NCBI GenBank assembly: GCA_963701965.1
Contig: OY969695.1
Location: 2,944,001-3,008,000 of the forward strand
DNA from: an uncultured Gemmatimonadales bacterium
Lineage (GTDB): Bacteria; Gemmatimonadota; Gemmatimonadetes; Gemmatimonadales; Gemmatimonadaceae
Direction: 5' to 3'
Length of the DNA stretch: 64,000 nucleotides
Shown here: positions 17,327 through 26,424 of the stretch, in pieces
Layout: every line of letters starts with the position of its first letter
Numbering within the stretch: the stretch's first letter is position 1
Program-made: the position numbers and the translations under genes
Notes under the pieces: model-generated
Told to the model about the DNA's origin: nothing
Databases searched by the model: none
Seen by the model: the letters and a program-made list of their open reading frames with translations, nothing else

Positions 17327-18583
17327 ATGACAAAAATCATCACGGAAGATACGGCGCACGACGGCATCGACCGTCGCGGGTTCCTGGAATGCATGGCCTG
17401 GGCAGGCACGGGCGTGGTCTGGTCCATGGTCGGCGGCGTGCCCCGCTCGTTTCGCATCGGGGAAGCCCATCCGAAAGACCTGTTTTTCGTACAGATCAGC
17501 GACAGCCACATGGGTTTCGACAAAGCGGCCAACACGGACGTCGCGGGGACGTTCCAAGAGGCCATCCGGCGCATCAACGCGCTGCCATCCCAACCGCATT
17601 TCCTGCTGCACACCGGCGACATCAGCCACCTCTCCAAACCCAGCGAGTTCGACGCCGTCGACCAGATGATCCGCGCGGCGAAGACAAAAACGGGCAACGT
17701 GTTCTATGTCCCAGGCGAGCACGACGTCCTGAACGACGCCGGCGCGTCCTATCGCGCGCGCTATGGCAAAGAGACCAAAGGCAACGGCTGGTACAGCTTC
17801 GACCACAGCGGCATCCACTTCATTGGCCTGGTCAACGTCATGGACCTCAAGCCGGGCGGCCTGGGCTCACTCGGCGCCGACCAGTTGGCGTGGCTGGCGC
17901 AAGATGTCAAAGGGCTGGCCAAGAGCACGCCGATCGTGGTGTTCGCCCACGTGCCCCTCTGGGCGCTGTACCCGCAGTGGGGCTGGGGCACCGATGACGG
18001 AGCGCAAGCGCTGGCGCTGCTCGCCAAGTTCGGCTCGGTGACCGTGCTCAATGGACACATTCACCAAACGGTCCAAAAAGTGGAGGGCCACATGACGTTC
18101 CATACGGCCCTGTCGACCGCGTTCCCACAGCCGGCGCCCGGCACCGCGGCCGGCCCCGGCCCCGTGGACGTGGGCGCCGATCGCCTCCGGAGCTTTCTCG
18201 GCCTGTCCAGCGTGCGATTCTCGGCGCACGGCGGCACGCTCGCCATCGTCGATGCGTCCCTCGCCGGCACACCCGTGGCCGTGGCCGGAGCGTCGACCAA
18301 CCGCGGCAAGCCCAAGACCCTGGCGCCGGTCAAGGACGACGAGATCGCGATCGACAACTTCGTGTTCTCGCCGCCGAACCGCACCGTGCCCGCCGGCACC
18401 ACGGTCACGTGGATCAATCGCGACGATGTCCCGCATCGCATTGCCAGCTTCACGAACGCGTTCAACCCCGGACCGACGATGGATACCGACGGGAAATTCT
18501 CGCAGAAGTTCGAGACGCCGGGGACGTACAAGTACTACTGCACGGTGCATCCCACCATGACGGGAATCGTTACCGTGCAGTGA
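17327..18583 (+). CDS. Tat-exported metallophosphoesterase fused to a C-terminal cupredoxin
   Basis: RRGFL Tat motif; SDSH, TGDISH, PGEHD, NGHIH; C-terminal NRDDVPH...YYCTVHPTMTG type-1 copper ligands. Confidence 0.9.
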   Translation: MTKIITEDTAHDGIDRRGFLECMAWAGTGVVWSMVGGVPRSFRIGEAHPKDLFFVQISDSHMGFDKAANTDVAGTFQEAIRRINALPSQPHFLLHTGDISHLSKPSEFDAVDQMIRAAKTKTGNVFYVPGEHDVLNDAGASYRARYGKETKGNGWYSFDHSGIHFIGLVNVMDLKPGGLGSLGADQLAWLAQDVKGLAKSTPIVVFAHVPLWALYPQWGWGTDDGAQALALLAKFGSVTVLNGHIHQTVQKVEGHMTFHTALSTAFPQPAPGTAAGPGPVDVGADRLRSFLGLSSVRFSAHGGTLAIVDASLAGTPVAVAGASTNRGKPKTLAPVKDDEIAIDNFVFSPPNRTVPAGTTVTWINRDDVPHRIASFTNAFNPGPTMDTDGKFSQKFETPGTYKYYCTVHPTMTGIVTVQ

Positions 18584-19196
18584 CCACGTGATAGAAGAGC
18601 ATCCGGTCGCCCGACTCGACGTGGGCGGCCAGCCCCACCGTCGCGCATTCGTCGGGGAAGCGCGGCGCATGCACGCGGTGCGGGTCGGCAATGAGCGCGC
18701 GGCCGCCCGGCGCGATCGTCCGCGCGATCGCGCCGGCGATGAGTCCGGGATAATCGGGCTCGTACAACACATCGGCGCCGACGATCAGATCGTACCCGCC
18801 ACCGTCGCCGATGTCCGCGGGCAGCGCGCGCCAGTCGACCAGGCGGACGTCGGGCCGCCGGCCGGTCGCCGTGAACGCGTTGTGGGACGTGAACAACAAG
18901 GCGTCTTCGTAGTAATCGCTGGCCGTGACGCGCCAGCCCGCGCGCATCGCGGCGATGGTCGCCAGACCGAGGCCGCATCCGAGCTCCAGCAGCCTGGCGT
19001 CCGCGCGTGGGGGTTTTGGGATCGCCTCGGCCAGCGCCCGCGACGCGGGCCAGAGGTCCGCCCAATAGGGCAGACGCTCATCCCGCACGAAATCCTCTTC
19101 CCGGATCAGATCATCGGCGTTGCGCGGGCGCAGCAGAACCACGGTGGCGTCGCCGAGCGTCACCGACTCCGAGAGCGTGACGAACCGGTCGAACAC
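18570..19196 (-). CDS. class I SAM-dependent methyltransferase (METTL21/Nnt1-like)
   Basis: PYWADLWPAS, LLELGCGLGL, LIVGADVLYE. Confidence 0.85.
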   Translation of the reverse strand: MFDRFVTLSESVTLGDATVVLLRPRNADDLIREEDFVRDERLPYWADLWPASRALAEAIPKPPRADARLLELGCGLGLATIAAMRAGWRVTASDYYEDALLFTSHNAFTATGRRPDVRLVDWRALPADIGDGGGYDLIVGADVLYEPDYPGLIAGAIARTIAPGGRALIADPHRVHAPRFPDECATVGLAAHVESGDRMLFYHVVTAR

Positions 19197-19240
19197 ACCG
19201 GGAACCGGACCTGCGTCCGGTTCCCGGTCATCAGCAGGGG

Positions 19241-19657
19241 TCAGAACCGCACAAAGACGGGCTGGCCCGTCCGTCGGGCGATCTCGTACGCGTCATTCAT
19301 GATCTGCTGCCGCGCGGCATCCGTCGGCTCCGACGGCGTCAACATTGACGTCTTGGGCGCCATACCCGGGCCGGCGCACGTGACCTTGATGTCCATCGGC
19401 GTATAGATCTGGAACGTCAGAAATGCCACGAGCGCATTCAGGAAGCTGTGCTGCGTCTCCACCTTCGCGACGCCGGACTTGCACTCGTTGGAGACCTCGA
19501 GCGGATCAGGCGGCACGAGTCCGAACACGAACGAACTGGCCCAAGGCTTCTCGATGATCGTGGAGCTTTCGGCGCGACCGGTGGTGATAATGGCGTGATA
19601 GCACGCCATGGAGGAAAACAGGACGACGGCGAGCGTAGCCCTACTGAGTGAGCGCAT
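19241..19657 (-). CDS. Bor/Iss family lipoprotein
   Basis: Lipobox-like SMAC; SFVFGLV...C..GVAKVETQHSFLNALVAFLTFQIYTPMDIKVTC. Confidence 0.8.
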   Translation of the reverse strand: MRSLSRATLAVVLFSSMACYHAIITTGRAESSTIIEKPWASSFVFGLVPPDPLEVSNECKSGVAKVETQHSFLNALVAFLTFQIYTPMDIKVTCAGPGMAPKTSMLTPSEPTDAARQQIMNDAYEIARRTGQPVFVRF

Positions 19658-19797
19658 GCGTAAGCCTCGGGGCGTAAACGGGGAAAGACACGTGAGCACG
19701 CAAGGATGCGAACGACCGGGTCGACCTGGCAACCCTCTCCGAGGGTCGCGGTGATCCGTGTCACGATCCCAGGATACTATCCCCGCCTCACCCCATT

Positions 19798-20160
19798 TCA
19801 CCCGGGCCGTGCGTCCGCCGCCGTGCGCGCCCAGGGGATGATATCCAACCGCTCGAACGGAATTTCGCCCCCGGTATGCTCGTCGCGCCCAAACCGCGCC
19901 GGCTCCGAATAGAGGCGGCGCAGCGCATCGTCGATCTCCGCTAGCTCGCGGGTCTCGCGCGCCGCCTCCGACGCATCCAGCTCCTCGTCCATCGTATCCG
20001 TTCCTTCATCGGCCAGATGAAACGGATAGTGGGAGAGGTCGCCCGCTTGGTCGGACGTCGACTCTCGCGTGCGGGCGTGGTACTGCTCCAATGCCCGGAC
20101 GACGCGCGTCCGCTCTTCCAGCAGTCGGCGCTCCAGGTACTCGCGTTGCTCCTTCGTCAT
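19798..20160 (-). CDS. TraR/DksA family protein lacking zinc-finger cysteines
   Basis: GDLSHYPFHLADEGTD...EIDDALRRL...FGRDEHTGGEIPFERLDIIPWAR. Confidence 0.85.
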   Translation of the reverse strand: MTKEQREYLERRLLEERTRVVRALEQYHARTRESTSDQAGDLSHYPFHLADEGTDTMDEELDASEAARETRELAEIDDALRRLYSEPARFGRDEHTGGEIPFERLDIIPWARTAADARPG

Positions 20161-20171
20161 AGGCGAGAAAG

Positions 20172-22433
20172 CTAGCGCATCGCATTGCGCAAAGCGGCCG
20201 TCGCTTCCGTCACGACGCCGGCCTCGTCCTCCAGCACCTTGCCCACGCGCGCGATCTCGTGGTCCGCCGACGACCAGGTACGCTGTTCGATGGCTTCGCG
20301 GACGCCCGGTAGCGTTTTCACTCCGTATCCCGTGTAGAATCCCGGGGCATAGATCAGATGCCGGTACCAGGAACGGTTCGGCAATCCTTCGGCGGACGTC
20401 AACGCGCGCTCGCTCTTGATGAGCACCGCGTTGAGCGCGGCGAGCGCGGCGGGCGATGCATGGTCGAGGGTCGTGCCGCCGGCGGAGTCGGAGACGATCT
20501 TGTACGCGGCGGCCGCCCGGGTCAGCGCATCGAGGCCGTTCTCCAGCGGCGCGAAGTCGAGATGCGGCGGAACCGCGGTGGTGTCCGGCGCGTAGGTCGG
20601 CCGGCGCGGGTCGTTGACCGCGGTGAACGTGCCCTCGCGCACTTCGCGGTTCGTCTCCGCGATCGAGTCGGCCTCGGCCGCCGCGAGTTTCTCCACCTCC
20701 GTCCGGTATCGTCCCACCGTCTCGGCCAGCCCGGTGAAATCGAACGGGATGACTTCGGCGTCGGCCAGCCGCATCACGGCCGTGCCCACCGTCTGCGCCA
20801 GCGCGCGCTCGTACACGAACGCGGTGTCGGCGAAATGCGTGTACCAATAGAAATCGTCGTACACGGAGTGGTAGATGCCGCCTTCGTCCTCGCCGCCGTA
20901 CCCGAGATTGGCGGACGCGATGCCGGCGTGCTGCAAGAACGACGAATAGTCGGAACCCGATCCCAGCGCGCCGACGCGCAGGTTCGGATGGGCGCGAATC
21001 TCATCGCGATCGGCCGCGGTCGCGGCGGCGCGCAGTTGCCGCGCTTGTTGCCGGCGCCAGACCGGGAGTTTGGTCTCCGGATCGGTGATGTCGCGCGCGA
21101 TGTCGTTGAAGAAATGCTCCAACGTGTGGGAGGCCTCGACGTTGAGGAATCCGCGCCCGTTGCCGTCGGTATTGATGTAGGCCACCGCGTGCTGGGCCAA
21201 CTCTTCACCGTGCTGCTCGACCCACTCGGTGGACCCCAGAAGTCCGGGCTCTTCGCCGTCCCAGGCGCAGTAGATGATCGTGCGGCGCGGCTTCCAACCC
21301 TTGGCCAGCAGGATGCCATACGCGCGCGCCTCGTCCAGCAGCGCCGCCTGACCGGAGAGCGGATCCTCGGCGCCGTTCACCCACGCGTCGTGGTGGTTGC
21401 CGCGGACGATCCACTCGTCGGGCGCCACCGCGCCGGGAATGCGCGCGACCACGTCAAAGAGTGGCTTCGTGTTCCAGTCCGACTTCAACACGAGATGAAC
21501 CCGCGCCGGTCCGCTGCCGCCCAAGTGATACGTGATCGGGAGACTGCCCCGCCACGAGACCGGCGCCACCGGTCCACCCATCGCGGCCAGGATCGGCTGC
21601 GCATCGCCGTAGGAAATCGGGAGCGTGGGAATCTTGGTGAGGGTCTTGGCCTCGGAGATGGGAAGCCGCTTCGCGCCGGGCACCGCGCCGACGCCCGGCG
21701 TCAACGGGTCGCCCGGGTAGACCGGCATGTCCAACACACTGCCGCGCTGCACGCCGTCGCGGGGACGCATCGGGCCGGCGGGGAAGACTTCGCCGGCGGC
21801 GTACCCGTCCTCGTGGGGGTCCGAGTAGATGAGGCAACCCACGGCCCCATGTTCGGCCGCGACCTTGGGCTTGATCCCGCGCCACGATTGGCCGTAGCGG
21901 GCGATCACGATCGCGCCTTTCACCGAGACGCCGTGGCGCGCCAATTCATCGTAGTCGGCCGGTACGCCGAAGTTCACGTAGACGACGGGCGCCGTGACGT
22001 CGCCGTCCAGCGCATAGGCATTGTACGTGGGGAGCTGCTCCGTGGTCTGCCCCGACGTGGGGTCACTGGCGACGGTCGGCTCCTTGAGGGCCAACTTGAA
22101 GTGCGTGGGAGCGACGAGCTCGACCGAGCGCTCCCGGGGGGTGGGGTATAGCACATCGAACTGCTCGATGTGCGCATCCAGTCCAAACGACTTGAACCGG
22201 CCCAGAATCCACTCGGCATTGTCTCGATCGTACGGAGTCCCCACATTATGCGGCCTCGCGCTGAGGCGGCGCATTGCCACACGCATGGTGTCGGGTGCCG
22301 GAATCGCCTGCATTTGACGCTCCCAGTCCCGTTCGGCCTGGGCCGCTGAACTGGAATAGCCGGTCAATCCCTGGGGCTCCGGAAGGAGCGCCGCGGCAAG
22401 GAGGGCGATCGAGAGTCGTGGCAGTATCGGCAT
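20172..22433 (-). CDS. M28 family glutamate carboxypeptidase II-like peptidase (PA and TfR dimerisation domains)
   Basis: GNHHDAW, GAEDPLSG, WDGEEPGLLGSTEW, LGSGSDY, YHSVYD, WYRHLIYAPG. Confidence 0.92.
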   Translation of the reverse strand: MPILPRLSIALLAAALLPEPQGLTGYSSSAAQAERDWERQMQAIPAPDTMRVAMRRLSARPHNVGTPYDRDNAEWILGRFKSFGLDAHIEQFDVLYPTPRERSVELVAPTHFKLALKEPTVASDPTSGQTTEQLPTYNAYALDGDVTAPVVYVNFGVPADYDELARHGVSVKGAIVIARYGQSWRGIKPKVAAEHGAVGCLIYSDPHEDGYAAGEVFPAGPMRPRDGVQRGSVLDMPVYPGDPLTPGVGAVPGAKRLPISEAKTLTKIPTLPISYGDAQPILAAMGGPVAPVSWRGSLPITYHLGGSGPARVHLVLKSDWNTKPLFDVVARIPGAVAPDEWIVRGNHHDAWVNGAEDPLSGQAALLDEARAYGILLAKGWKPRRTIIYCAWDGEEPGLLGSTEWVEQHGEELAQHAVAYINTDGNGRGFLNVEASHTLEHFFNDIARDITDPETKLPVWRRQQARQLRAAATAADRDEIRAHPNLRVGALGSGSDYSSFLQHAGIASANLGYGGEDEGGIYHSVYDDFYWYTHFADTAFVYERALAQTVGTAVMRLADAEVIPFDFTGLAETVGRYRTEVEKLAAAEADSIAETNREVREGTFTAVNDPRRPTYAPDTTAVPPHLDFAPLENGLDALTRAAAAYKIVSDSAGGTTLDHASPAALAALNAVLIKSERALTSAEGLPNRSWYRHLIYAPGFYTGYGVKTLPGVREAIEQRTWSSADHEIARVGKVLEDEAGVVTEATAALRNAMR

Positions 22434-22504
22434 GGGTCGAACTTGTGCCGAAACCAACCTCGGCGTAAAGGGGCTCCTACTAGCTGAGCGGGAACAATGG
22501 CGGG

Positions 22505-22510
22505 TATACT
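22505..22510 (+). promoter_or_regulatory. -10 element TATACT 7 nt before the first gvp ATG (leaderless operon start)
   Basis: GGGTATACTCAACCATATG, no Shine-Dalgarno before ATG 22518. Confidence 0.5.
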
Positions 22511-22517
22511 CAACCAT

Positions 22518-23297
22518 ATGAGCGAGACCGTTCAGGCCGCGACTGACAGCGGGAAGTACGTCTACTGCATCGTCAGGAGCGATAAGCCACGGGATTTCGG
22601 GGACATTGGGATCGGCGGGAGTCGGCGCGTTTACACGGTGCAGCACAAGGATTTAGCCGCCGTGGTCAGCAATACGCCGATCGTCCTGTACGACCCCACC
22701 CGGGAGAACGTCCTCGCGCACGAGTTCGTGAACGAGACCGTGATGCGGGAGTTTACCGTTATCCCCATGAGCTTCGGGACGCTGTTCCGTTCCGAGGACG
22801 ACGTGACCGAGTTGCTCCGCTCCGCGTATCAAGCGTTCAACGACGTGTTGGACAAAATGCAGGACAAGATCGAGTTCGGTCTCAAGATCCTGTGGGACCG
22901 CGAAAAGGTCATCGCCAATCTCGAGCAGCAGAATGACGAGATCCGGCGGCTCAAGGACGAGATCACGAACAACGCGTCGTCCTCGACCTATTTCGCGCGC
23001 ATGCAGCTCGGGCGGTTGGTCGAGGCGGCGCTCGAGGAGACCGGCAACCGCCTGGTCGCCGAAGTGCACGAGGCGCTCAAGCCCATCGCCGTCGCCAGTC
23101 GCAGCAACAAGGTCATCGGAGACCGCATGATCATGAATGCGGCGTTCCTCGTCGACCGGGCACGGAGCGAAGAGTTCGACGAGGTGGTGCGTGTGGTCAG
23201 CCACCGCTACGACGAGCTGCTGACGTTCAAGTACACGGGCCCCTGGCCGCCGTACAACTTCGTCAACATCAAGCTCAAGCTCGAACGCGCGAGCTGA
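22518..23297 (+). CDS. gvpF: gas vesicle protein GvpF/GvpL family
   Basis: GKYVYCI, DLAAVVS, AHEFVNE..M..FTVIPMSFGT, MIMNAAFLV, YTGPWPPYNFV. Confidence 0.93.
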   Translation: MSETVQAATDSGKYVYCIVRSDKPRDFGDIGIGGSRRVYTVQHKDLAAVVSNTPIVLYDPTRENVLAHEFVNETVMREFTVIPMSFGTLFRSEDDVTELLRSAYQAFNDVLDKMQDKIEFGLKILWDREKVIANLEQQNDEIRRLKDEITNNASSSTYFARMQLGRLVEAALEETGNRLVAEVHEALKPIAVASRSNKVIGDRMIMNAAFLVDRARSEEFDEVVRVVSHRYDELLTFKYTGPWPPYNFVNIKLKLERAS

Positions 23298-23313
23298 GGG
23301 TCCGGGCGGCGCT

Positions 23314-23604
23314 ATGGGACTGCTGGCCAAGCTCTTGTTCTTTCCCGTGACGGGCCCCGTCGCCGGGATCCGCTGGACGCTCGGTCAGGTGCAGCGCGTC
23401 GCCGAGGAAGAGCTGACGGACGACACGGACATCAAACGGGACCTGATGGAGCTGCAGTTGCGCCTCGAGCTCGGCGAGATCGACGACTCGGCGTATGCGG
23501 CGGAAGAGGCCCGCATCATGGACCGGCTCCGCGCCGTGCGTGAGTGGCGGGAGCGGCTCGGGCGACCGACGAGCGGCGGGCCGGTGCGCGTCGCCGGGGA
23601 GTGA
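23314..23604 (+). CDS. gvpG: gas vesicle protein GvpG
   Basis: LLFFPVTGPVAGIRW...EEL.D...ELQLRLELGEIDDSAYAAEEARIMDRL. Confidence 0.9.
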   Translation: MGLLAKLLFFPVTGPVAGIRWTLGQVQRVAEEELTDDTDIKRDLMELQLRLELGEIDDSAYAAEEARIMDRLRAVREWRERLGRPTSGGPVRVAGE

Positions 23605-25460
23605 CCGGGCGGGCTCTCGATCAACTGCTCGACGCGCTGCCCCGATGGGTCATCGTTGGGGGCAAGGGAGGGGTCGGTAAGACCACGTGCGCGGTCGCGC
23701 TGGCCGCGCGGAGCGCCGCCCGTCACCACCAGACCCTGCTCCTCTCCACCGACCCTTCGCGCTCGCTCGGCGACGCGGTCGGGGAGTCCGTAGGGGCGGC
23801 GGCCGCCGCACTGCGGCGATACCCCGGCGTGTTCGCGCGGCAGCTCGACGCTGGTGTGGAACGGGAAGCGTTTCTCGCGCGGTGGCGGGAGGAGATCGTC
23901 ACCGTCGTCGATCGCGGGACCTATCTCGATCGCGAGGACATCGCGGGGTTGGTCGATGCCGCGTTGCCAGGGACCGACGAAGTCATGGCGGTGCTGTCGC
24001 TGGCCGACATCGCGGCCGAGGGCCAGTGGCGGCGCGTCATCGTGGACACGGCGCCCACGGGACATACCCTGCGGCTCCTCGCCCTGCCGGAGACGTTCCG
24101 GCTGGTCGTCGACCTGCTGGAGCGGATGCAGGAGAAGCACCGGTTTCTGGTGCGGGCGCTGACGCACCGGTATCGGACCGATGGCGTCGACGCCATGCTC
24201 GTCGAGTGGCGCGCGCGGATCGCGGCGCTGCGCGCGCTGTTCGCCGATCCGGCGGCCACGCGATTGGTCCTCGTTACGCGGGCCGAGCCCGTGGTGATCG
24301 CCGAGACCGGACGCTACGCCGCCGCGCTCCCCGCGCTCGGCATCGCCGCCGGCGCGGTGATCATCAACGCCGCCCCCGAGACAGCGGATCTCGTGGCGTT
24401 CTCGGACATTCTCCCCGACGTCCCCCACTACGTCGTGCCGTTGATTGCGGATCCGACGCCGGAAATCTGGGCGGCCCGCTTCGCGGCCGCCCCGCCGGCG
24501 CCGCCCCTCGGTGGAGTGCCCCGGGAGATCACAGGAGTGTCCGGGGAGAAAGTGGCGCGCGTAGCGCCGGCGGAGCCCGGCGCTACGGGCCCACAGGTGA
24601 AGGCCCTGACGATCGTCGGCGGAAAGGGCGGCGTTGGGAAGACGACAGTCGCCTGCGCGCTGGCAATCGAGGCCGCGCACGAGGGGCATCCGGTGCTGGT
24701 GGTGTCGACCGACCCGGCGCCGTCCGTGGGCGACGCCCTCGGCCTCGCTGTTGGCGACACCGAGGTCGCGATCGCCGATGCCCCGGGCTTATGGGCCCGC
24801 CAGGCCGACGCCACCGCGGCCTTCGCGGCTATCGAGCGCTCGTATCGCGACCGGGTCGACGCCGTATTTGATCGCCTGGTCGGCTCCGGTCTCGACCTGG
24901 CGCACGATCGCCGGATCCTGCGCGACCTCTTGTCGTTGGCGCCCCCGGGAATCGACGAGCTGTACGCACTCGCCGTGGTCGGCGAGATGCTGGACCAAGG
25001 CCGCTACGCGAACATCATCGTCGACCCCGCGCCGACCGGCCACTTGTTGCGCCTCCTCGAGACGCCGGCCGTGGCCCTCGATTGGAGCCACCGGATCATG
25101 CGCCTCATGCTCAAGTACAAAGAAGTCGGCGCGATGACCGACGCCGCCGGCGATATCGTGACCTTTGCCCGTCGCACCCGCGCCGTGCGGGATCTGCTAG
25201 CCGATCCCGCCCGCGCCGGTCTCATTCTGGTTGCCCTCGACGAGCCGATCGTGCGCCGCGAAGCCGGACGGCTCGCCGCCGCCGTCGGCGCGCTGGGCCT
25301 CGCGGTCCAGGCCGTCGTCTGGAACCGCGCCGATGGCACGGTCCCCCCACTGTCGGTCGCCCCATCGATCCCGCAGTTTGCGGCACCGCCGGAGGTGACC
25401 GGCCCCCGCGGCGTGTCCGCGATCCGGTCGTGGCGCGCCGGGTGGACGGCCATCCGTTAA
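23601..25460 (+). CDS. tandem two-domain ArsA/Get3 (SIMIBI) family ATPase
   Basis: Two GGKGGVGKTT P-loops, STDP switch I, PGTDE/PGIDE, DTAPTGH/DPAPTGH; GTGA overlap with gvpG. Confidence 0.93.
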   Translation: MTGRALDQLLDALPRWVIVGGKGGVGKTTCAVALAARSAARHHQTLLLSTDPSRSLGDAVGESVGAAAAALRRYPGVFARQLDAGVEREAFLARWREEIVTVVDRGTYLDREDIAGLVDAALPGTDEVMAVLSLADIAAEGQWRRVIVDTAPTGHTLRLLALPETFRLVVDLLERMQEKHRFLVRALTHRYRTDGVDAMLVEWRARIAALRALFADPAATRLVLVTRAEPVVIAETGRYAAALPALGIAAGAVIINAAPETADLVAFSDILPDVPHYVVPLIADPTPEIWAARFAAAPPAPPLGGVPREITGVSGEKVARVAPAEPGATGPQVKALTIVGGKGGVGKTTVACALAIEAAHEGHPVLVVSTDPAPSVGDALGLAVGDTEVAIADAPGLWARQADATAAFAAIERSYRDRVDAVFDRLVGSGLDLAHDRRILRDLLSLAPPGIDELYALAVVGEMLDQGRYANIIVDPAPTGHLLRLLETPAVALDWSHRIMRLMLKYKEVGAMTDAAGDIVTFARRTRAVRDLLADPARAGLILVALDEPIVRREAGRLAAAVGALGLAVQAVVWNRADGTVPPLSVAPSIPQFAAPPEVTGPRGVSAIRSWRAGWTAIR

Positions 25461-26245
25461 GGAGCACTACGCTGTTCTACGTCTACGGCATCGTTCCGCG
25501 AGCACTCGACATCCGCGCCGCACCTCCCGGCATCGACGGCGAACCGGTGACCGTCGTCGGCGCGGGCGCTGTCGCGGCGTTGGTGTCCGAGCTCCCGCCC
25601 GACACGTACGATCCCCAGCGCCTCGAGTCCTTGGTCGCCGATGTCGCCTGGCTCGCGCCGCGTGCCATCGCGCACGACACCGTCGCCAGTTGGGCGAGCG
25701 AGCATGGCGGGTCGATCCCGTTTCCGATGTGGGTGCTGTTTCGGGACACCGCGTCCGTCCGTAATCATCTCGAGCCGCGATCGGCCGAGTATGCCGAAGT
25801 CATCGACCGCGTGGCGCTCGGTCGGGAGTATGCCGTGCGCGTGTTCGGGCTCGACGATCAACTCGGGCCCCGGCTCACGGAATTGAGTCCCGCGGTGGCG
25901 CGCTTGGAAGCGGAGATCGCCCAGGCCACGCCGGGCCAACGGTATCTCTTGGAACGGAAGCTCGCCGGCTTGAGGAGCGCCGAGTTGCGCGAGGCCACGG
26001 CCAAGATCGCCACGACGATTCATAGCGAGCTGACCCACGTCTCCGCCGGCAACTTCCAGGGCACTCTGCCCCGCCGCGAGGACGGCGCAAACGCCGCGGC
26101 GATCTTGAACGGCGCCTATCTCGTGCGGCGCGATGCCTTCGAGCCCTTTCAAGCGCGGCTGACCGATCTCATGCGCCGGTTCACACCGCTCGGATTCCGG
26201 TTCGAATTCACCGGCCCGTGGCCGCCGTATCATTTCGTCCAGTGA
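25442..26245 (+). CDS. gvpL: gas vesicle protein GvpL/GvpF family (start uncertain)
   Basis: LFYVYGIV, WLAPRAIAHD, PGQRYLLERKL, ILNGAYLV, FTGPWPPYHFV. Confidence 0.9.
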   Translation: MDGHPLRSTTLFYVYGIVPRALDIRAAPPGIDGEPVTVVGAGAVAALVSELPPDTYDPQRLESLVADVAWLAPRAIAHDTVASWASEHGGSIPFPMWVLFRDTASVRNHLEPRSAEYAEVIDRVALGREYAVRVFGLDDQLGPRLTELSPAVARLEAEIAQATPGQRYLLERKLAGLRSAELREATAKIATTIHSELTHVSAGNFQGTLPRREDGANAAAILNGAYLVRRDAFEPFQARLTDLMRRFTPLGFRFEFTGPWPPYHFVQ

Positions 26246-26424
26246 GTAGCGACGCGGACGAACGACTCATTCTGAGCGACCTGATCAACCGGGTGCTGGA
26301 CAAGGGTGTCGTGCTGAGCGGCGACGTCGTGATTTCGGTCGCCGATATCGACCTCGTGCGACTCGAGCTGCATCTCCTGCTGAGCGCGGTCGAGACCGCT
26401 GTACGCAAGATCGAGCCGCGATGA
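26242..26424 (+). CDS. gas vesicle GvpA/J/S family protein (GvpS-like)
   Basis: LSDLINRVLDKGVVLSGDVVISVADIDLV; GTGA overlap. Confidence 0.88.
   Translation: MSSDADERLILSDLINRVLDKGVVLSGDVVISVADIDLVRLELHLLLSAVETAVRKIEPR

Noticed and set aside
16913..17818. Long overlapping N-terminal extensions of the sigma factor and phosphoesterase ORFs (also 25082, 39360, 48346 and 59212 starts)
   Set aside because: Extensions overlap neighbouring genes and lack family similarity; downstream starts fit motifs, overlaps and promoters better
23601..25460. Arsenic-resistance ATPase ArsA / ars operon
   Set aside because: Metalloid-binding cysteine motifs are absent, no arsB/acr3/arsC/arsD/arsR is nearby, and the gene is coupled to gvpG
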